Origin: Octopus vulgaris
Lineage: Eukaryota
Assembly (NCBI GenBank): GCA_951406725.2
Contig: OX597835.1
Coordinates: forward strand, 37,882,001-37,946,000
Length of the DNA: 64,000 bases
Direction of reading: 5' to 3'
A program made the position numbers and the translations under genes. The notes below the pieces were generated by a model. The model was not told the DNA's origin, ran no database searches, and saw nothing but the letters and a program-made list of their open reading frames with translations. Positions 58,095 to 64,000 of the stretch are shown here, in pieces. Numbering within the stretch: position 1 is the stretch's first letter; each line of letters opens with the position of its first letter.

Positions 58095-59042
58095 TATTGT
58101 CATTATTAAGTTTGCATTTGGACATAACTTAGCATGAAATTTTGACAGAATGTTAAAATTCAGCTCAGTTTTATCCATTTGTTATATTTCTGTTGGAATA
58201 TATTACTTTTGTTTTGGTTAATTTCAAAACTAATGAAGGATTATTTTTTATTTATGCCCCCTTTTCAAGCCTAGCCAGGCTCATGGGCCCGGTTTCCCGG
58301 TTTCTATGGCGTATGTGTTCCCCCCAGCTGGAAGGGACGCCAGTCAATCGCAGCATTACTCCAGAAACAGGAAGAAAGAGTGAAAGAAAGTTGGGGCGGA
58401 AGAGTACAACAGGGGTCGCCACCACCCCCTGCCTAAGCCTCATGCAGCTTTAAGGTGTTTCCGTTCAATAAACACATACAACGCCTGGTCTGGGAATCGA
58501 AACCGCGATCCTCCAACCGCATGTCCGCTGCCCTAACCACTGGGCCATTGCACCTCCACAATGAAGGATTTAGTAAAATACAATTTTACTATCCTCAAAC
58601 TAGTGTTTGGAATATAAACTAACACAAAATTTTGATTGAAAGTTCTAATTTAGATCACTTAAATGTTTCTGATACCATATTTCTCTTGAAACATTGCTTT
58701 TGTTCCAATTTATTTTGAAGAATTTAGTAAAATGATTTCAGTATTATTAAACTGGTGTTGGCATATAAACTAACACGAAATTTTGATTAAAAGCTTTAAT
58801 TTAGATCACTTTAATTCATTTAGTACCATATTTTATTTTTAATATATTGTCTTTCGTTCAATTAATTTGAAAATCATGAAGAATTCAGTGAAAATAATTT
58901 TAACTTTATTAAACTGGTGTTTGAAATATAAATTAACACAAAATTTTGATGGAAGGTTTTAATTTCAATTACTTTAAAACAAAAAAAGTTTTTAGAATGG
59001 AGCCAGCGGAGGTCTCAGATGGGTTGCTGACTAAAGGGTTAA
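58095..59042. mobile_element. piggyBac-like non-autonomous repeat with ~165-nt internal tandem units
   Basis: Unit aaactggtgtttg...aaattttgat...tttaatttagatcactt repeated (also at 56960-57110); terminates ctaaaggg|TTAA at 59031-59042. Left TIR not clearly seen. Confidence 0.5.
58243..58559 (-). mobile_element. SINE family C with V-domain-like body
   Basis: 11-nt TSD aatgaaggatt (58232 and 58560); tgcgattgactggcgtcccttccag motif. Confidence 0.85.
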
Positions 59043-59596
59043 ATTTTAAATTCATAATTGTGATTGATCTCATTGATTTTAGTTTCTTTCTAATTGCTCA
59101 ATTTACATTTACATTTTATGTCTTGAGTCAAAAGATTATTTTTGGAGTTTATTTCGTTCGCCTACAGAATTCGTCTGGTTCAATCTAAGGAAAAAAAGAA
59201 ATTCAATTTAGAAAAAGGAAAAAATTCAATTTAGAAAAAATAATTTGAATTTTTAAAAAATTGGTTATTAGAAAACTGGAATTTTGTTTATAGACACAGT
59301 TCTGGCTGTATAGTTAAGAAATTCACTTTCCAACCATGAAGTTTTGGGTTCAGTCCCACTAAATGGCACCTTGGGTGAATGTCTTCTGCAAATAGCCCAA
59401 GAGTGGGGGCAAATTGGGTGGGAAAATTAGGAGTGGGGTAGGAGGGTTTGTGTGAAACATGTAGGTGGTGTCCACCGTCTGCTTGTAACTGCATAAACAC
59501 CTAAAATAATTAGTAAAAACAAGCTACATACCCTCAAATCATACTCACATGTTGGCAATAACTATCTATTTATTTATCCATCCATCCACACATCCA

Positions 59597-59655
<59 letters not shown>

Positions 59656-59703
59656 AGAAATCAAAATGACACAGGTATAAGAAATTATGTAATGAATTTC
59701 ATT

Positions 59704-59784
59704 AGCTTACATCTGTTTCTGCTATAAGATGTAATGCACTCATAGTTGAATGCTTGTGTGTGACCTGATAGCTTCATCAGAGCT
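59704..59784 (-). ncRNA. Type I hammerhead ribozyme motif
   Basis: agct-CTGATGA-AGCTAT...ATAGCA-GAAA-CA-GA-TGT-A-agct: stem I agct/agct, stem II GCUAU/AUAGC, GUA site. Confidence 0.6.
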
Positions 59785-60082
59785 TCAAATAAGTACAATT
59801 TTATTGGGGAATGATCCTTGATTTACCATCCATGCAGAAAGTGCAAAAAATTGTGTCAACTAGTACATCACATGTATTGAAAAGAGCATTGTCACCTTGA
59901 ATTTTCTTTCTTTTTCCCCTTCATTTTATTTGTTTACTTTTCTATTTTTCTTTTTCTCTCTGTCTTTCTTCCCCTTTTTTCTCTATCACATGACTTTGTA
60001 AATGAACAATCTGGAGTGTTTATTTTAATGGCCTACCAATGTATACAATGTTTCTGAGCCCTAGGTGTCAGATATATATATA

Positions 60083-60495
60083 TCTTTTACTCTTTTACTC
60101 TTTTACTTCTTTCAGTCATTTGACTGTGGCCATGCTGGAGCACCAGCTTTAATCGAGCAACTCGACCTCGGGACTTATTCTTTGTAAGCCCAGTACTTAT
60201 TCTATCGTTCTCTTATGCCGAACCGCTAAGTGACAGGGATGTAAACACACCAGCATCGGTTATCAAGCGATGGTGGGGGGACAAACACAGACACACAAAC
60301 ATATACACACACATACATATATATACACATATATATATGACAGACTTCTTTCAGTTTCCGTCTACCAAATCCACTCACAAGGCATTGGTCGGCTCGGGGC
60401 TATAGCAGAGGACACTTGCCCAAAGGGCCACGCAGTGGGCCTGAATCCAGAACCATGTGGTTGGTAAGCAAGCTATTTACCACACAGCCACTCCT
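60083..60495 (-). mobile_element. SINE family A, full length
   Basis: (TTTTACTC)n tail, body, head. Confidence 0.9.
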
Positions 60496-60757
60496 GTGCT
60501 TAAAATTTAACAAAAACATAATGAATGGAAAATTTGTTGCTAATTCCTCATCAGTCAATGTCCAAAAATTATTACCATTCCATGCTGTTGTCATTGATAT
60601 TGTTTACTCTTGGTGGCACCAGTTGCAAAAAGCCACTGGGAATAGCTAATTAATGTAGAGGACAGTAATGAAAACAAACATGACAAACTCAAATAATTGT
60701 AATAATTATACAAATATAACAAAAAAGAAGGCTATATGGCTACAAGACAGATGAATA

Positions 60758-61363
60758 TGGCGGTGAGCTGGCAGAATTGTTAGCACGCTGGGCAAAATGT
60801 GTAGTTGTATTTTGTCTGCAGTTACGTTCTGAGTTCAAATTCCGCCGAGGTCAACTTTGCCTTTCATCCTTTCAGGGTCGATAAATTAAGTACCAGTTAC
60901 GCACTGGGGTCGATATAATCGACTTAATCCGTTTGTCTGTCCTTGTTTGTCCTCCCTGCATTTAGCCCCTTGTGGGTAGTAAAGAAATAGGTATTTCGTC
61001 TGCCGCTATGTTCTGAGTTCAAATTCCGCCGAGGTTGACTTTGCCTTTCATCCTTTCGGGGTGGATAAATTAAGTACCAGTTACGCACTGGGGTCGATAT
61101 AATTGACTTAATCCATGTGTCTGTCTTTGTTTGTCCTCTCTGCATTTAGCCCCTTGTGGGTAGTAAAGAAATAGGTATTTCGTCTGCCATTACATTCTGA
61201 GTTCTGAGTTCAAATTCCACTGAGGTCGACTTCGCCTTTCATCCTTTCAAGGTCGATAAATTAAGTACCAGCTACGCACTGGGGTCGATGTAATCGACTT
61301 AATCCGTTTGTCTGTGTTTGTTTGTCCCCTCTGTGTTTGGCCCCTTGTGGGTAGTAAAGAAAT
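60758..61363 (+). mobile_element. SINE family B trimer
   Basis: One head, three ~184-nt bodies; TSD gaatatgg. Confidence 0.9.
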
Positions 61364-61621
61364 AGAATATGGGTAACAGAAAGGAAAATAAGAATGTTCT
61401 ATGGAACCAGAATGAGAGAATGGCACATGGAAAGTGAGAACAAAGGAAGAAGTAAACAAACTGTGTAAGAAAAAGGTGAAGGAGCGTAAAGAAGCATGAC
61501 AGACCTGGTTGTCCGCAGATCAAAGGAAAAGATGAGAGAGGTTTAGATGGTCACGGGTCATGTGGTAGTGGGAGGAGAGAGAAAGAGTTATGGATGGGGT
61601 AGAGGGAGAGAAGAAATGGAG

Positions 61622-61930
61622 GTTAAGTTAAGTTAATTTTTTGGCTCAAAAAGCAAAAAGCAAGGCCATGTAGGGGGACATGGAGTTATGTACAGGGAAG
61701 GTGTTCGTGCAAAGAGTTCAGGCCATTTCTAGTCAAGAGAGACTTTTTGAACCAAGCGGTTGTCGGCTTCTTCACTATCTCATCCGACAGCTTATTCCAC
61801 GGATCCGCAACCCGGATGGAGAAAGCCCCTCTCCTTCGATTGAGATGAAATCATCGCAGATAGAGCTTTTCGGAGTGACCCTGCAGCCGACGCTCTGGAG
61901 CAGGAGTGAAGAACAGCTCTTTTGAGAGGT
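61622..61930 (-). mobile_element. CR1 LINE 3' end with (AACTT)n tail
   Basis: Minus frame LFFTPAPERRLQGHSEKLYLR*FHLNRRRGAFSIRVADPWNKLSDEIV...WFKKSL matches the CR1 ORF2 C-terminus. Confidence 0.8.
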
Positions 61931-62509
61931 TACACTTTCCGCTTGTGATGTGTTATTAGGGAGGGAAAGAGAGAGAGAGAAAGGGAGGTAAAAGAGTGGC
62001 ATAGAAAAAAAATGAGAGAAAATTATGTCTGTGTGTGTGTGTGTGACTTCGTGTTTGTGTTTGTCCCCCACCAACACTTGACACCCGGTGTTGGTATGTT
62101 TATGTCCTTACTTCCCTCTAAACAGTTTGACAAAAGAAACTGATAGAACAAGTACCAAGCTTTTAAAAAATTCAACTAAAATCAATGTAGTGCCCCAGTA
62201 TGGCCACGGTCTAATGACTGGAACAAGTATAAAAATGATGACAGATAGTGACTGACCATTGGTCAGTGATGATTTAGGGTAACTTGGCTGCTGTTTCTTG
62301 TAGGTTGAATGACCACATAGGAGGTTCTTTGTTTGCTCTAAAAGTGCAGTAAGTGCAATAGATTGCAGTAGGTGCAATAGGTGCAGAATGCTAATTAAAC
62401 CTTACAGGAACAAATACTGAATGATTAATGCATCTTATCAGGATGTTATACCTGCAAATAGCTGCACGTTTCACAATTGCAGTAGTTTTGTCTGCATCAA
62501 ACTGCATCT

Positions 62510-64000
62510 CTTGTGGTGGTGATGGTGGTGGTGGTAGTGGTCGTATAGTGGTGGTGGTGGTCGTCGTCGTAGTGATGGTGGTAGTAGTGAAGGTGGTAGT
62601 GTTGGTGATGGTAGTTTTGAGGGATGCTTGTGGTGGTGGTAGTGATGGTGGTGGTGGTGGTAGTGATGGTGGTGGTGGTGGTGGTAGTGATGGTGGTGGC
62701 GGTAGTGATGGTGGTGGTGGTAGTGATGGTGGTGGTGGTGGTGGTGGTAGTGGTGATGATTGTAATTTTGGAGATGTTTGTTGTAATGGTGGTGGTGGTG
62801 ATGGTGGTAGTGGTGTTGATGGTAGTTTCGGAGATGCTTGCAGAAGTGGTGGTGGTGGTGGTGGTGGTGTTGATTGTAGTTTCAGAGATGCTTGCGGATG
62901 TGGTGGTAGAGTGGTGGTTAGAATGGTACTAACAGTAGTAGTAGAAGCAGCAGCAGTAATAGTATCAGGGATAGTGAAAGTAGTTATAGTTGTTGTCATA
63001 GTAGTAGTAGCAGTTGTGGTAATAGTAGCAGTAGTAGTAGTGGTGGTGGTAATAGTAGTAGCAGTAGCAGCAGCACTAGTAGTAGTAGTGGTGTTAGTGG
63101 TGGTAATAGTAGCAGTAGTAGTATTGGTCGTGGTAATAGTAGCAGCAGCAGCAGTAGTAGTAGTACTAGTACTAGTATGTGTGGCCATGTCATTGTTGTA
63201 ACCATGGTGTTGGCGATAGTATGTCCGCATAATGATGACGACGATGATGATGATTATAATGATTATAATGATGATGATGATGATAATGATGATGATAATG
63301 CTGGTGATGGTGGTGGTTGTGTTGGTGATGCTAACGATGATAAAGAAATTATTAGACAGGTGGAAGGGGTGGGTGGGGAGGGCAGAGTTTGCTATTTTTG
63401 TTGAAATGTTATCAGTGTGATCGATCGCTTCAGCCCTACTGCATTTCCCAGAGCAGCAGTACAGCAGTACCGCTGCATTTAAAAAGAAAAAAAAACCCTC
63501 CAAAATGGCAGCGGTACTGAAAGACTGGCTTAACCTTGAGTAATTACATAATTCTCTTTTTATATAGAATTATGAAGTTTGTACTCGGTTTAGGATGGTG
63601 GTGTTTGTGGGGAGGTTGTGGTGGCGGTGGTTGTTATTGTGGTTGTGGTCGTGGCGGTAGTTGTGGTAGTGGTGTTGGTGATGGTGGTTGTAATGGTGGT
63701 GGAAGCAGAGGATGCGTGATGGTGGAAGAAACTATGGTGTTAGTGGCTGTGGTAGTGATGACAGCGGTGATGATAGTGATGGTCGTAAAGGTGGTGATGG
63801 TGGTGGTGTTGATAGTGGTGGTCATGGAGGTGGTCTTGTGGTTATGGAGGTTATAGAGTTAGTGGAAGCAGTGGTTGTGGTGATGGTGGTGGTGGTAGTG
63901 GTGGTCATGGAGGTGGTCTTCTGGTTATGGAGGTTATAGTGTTAGTGGAAGCAGTGGTTGTGGTGATGGTGGTGGTGGTGGTGGTGGTGGTGGTGGTGGT
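62510..64000. repeat. (GGT/GAT/GTA)n low-complexity field
   Basis: Direct reading; interrupted by a unique island at ~63340-63600. Confidence 0.9.

Overview
Eukaryotic (metazoan) genomic DNA, AT-rich and dominated by microsatellites and interspersed repeats. The repeat repertoire looks like an Octopus/cephalopod intron or intergenic landscape (inference from recalled repeat families, not a database match). Nearly all ORFs in the supplied track are artefacts of simple repeats or SINEs. One convincing host exon is present: 25793-25978 (+), phase 1-1, HEAT-repeat, HEATR4-like; two weak minus-strand exon candidates are also noted. Mobile elements include four tRNA-headed SINE families (labelled A, B, C, E here), 3' fragments of RTE-, CR1/L2- and RLE(R4/Dong)-type LINEs, decayed Tc1, mariner and DD37D(maT)-like transposons, a pogo/Tc2-type MITE and a piggyBac-like end. 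The most interesting signal is a set of inverted or partial-tandem elements inserted in (TA)n tracts that carry minimal type I hammerhead ribozyme motifs (CUGANGA...GAAA...GUH) from several unrelated families, as expected for Penelope-like pseudo-LTRs. One of them (50621-51736) is nearly unmutated. Also notable are two pairs of RFX X-box motifs, a LINE/SINE shared 3' stem-loop with compensatory changes, and SINE multimers with a fixed junction. Repeat boundaries were read by eye and are approximate (about +/-10-20 nt) unless TSD/TIR or splice sites are quoted.
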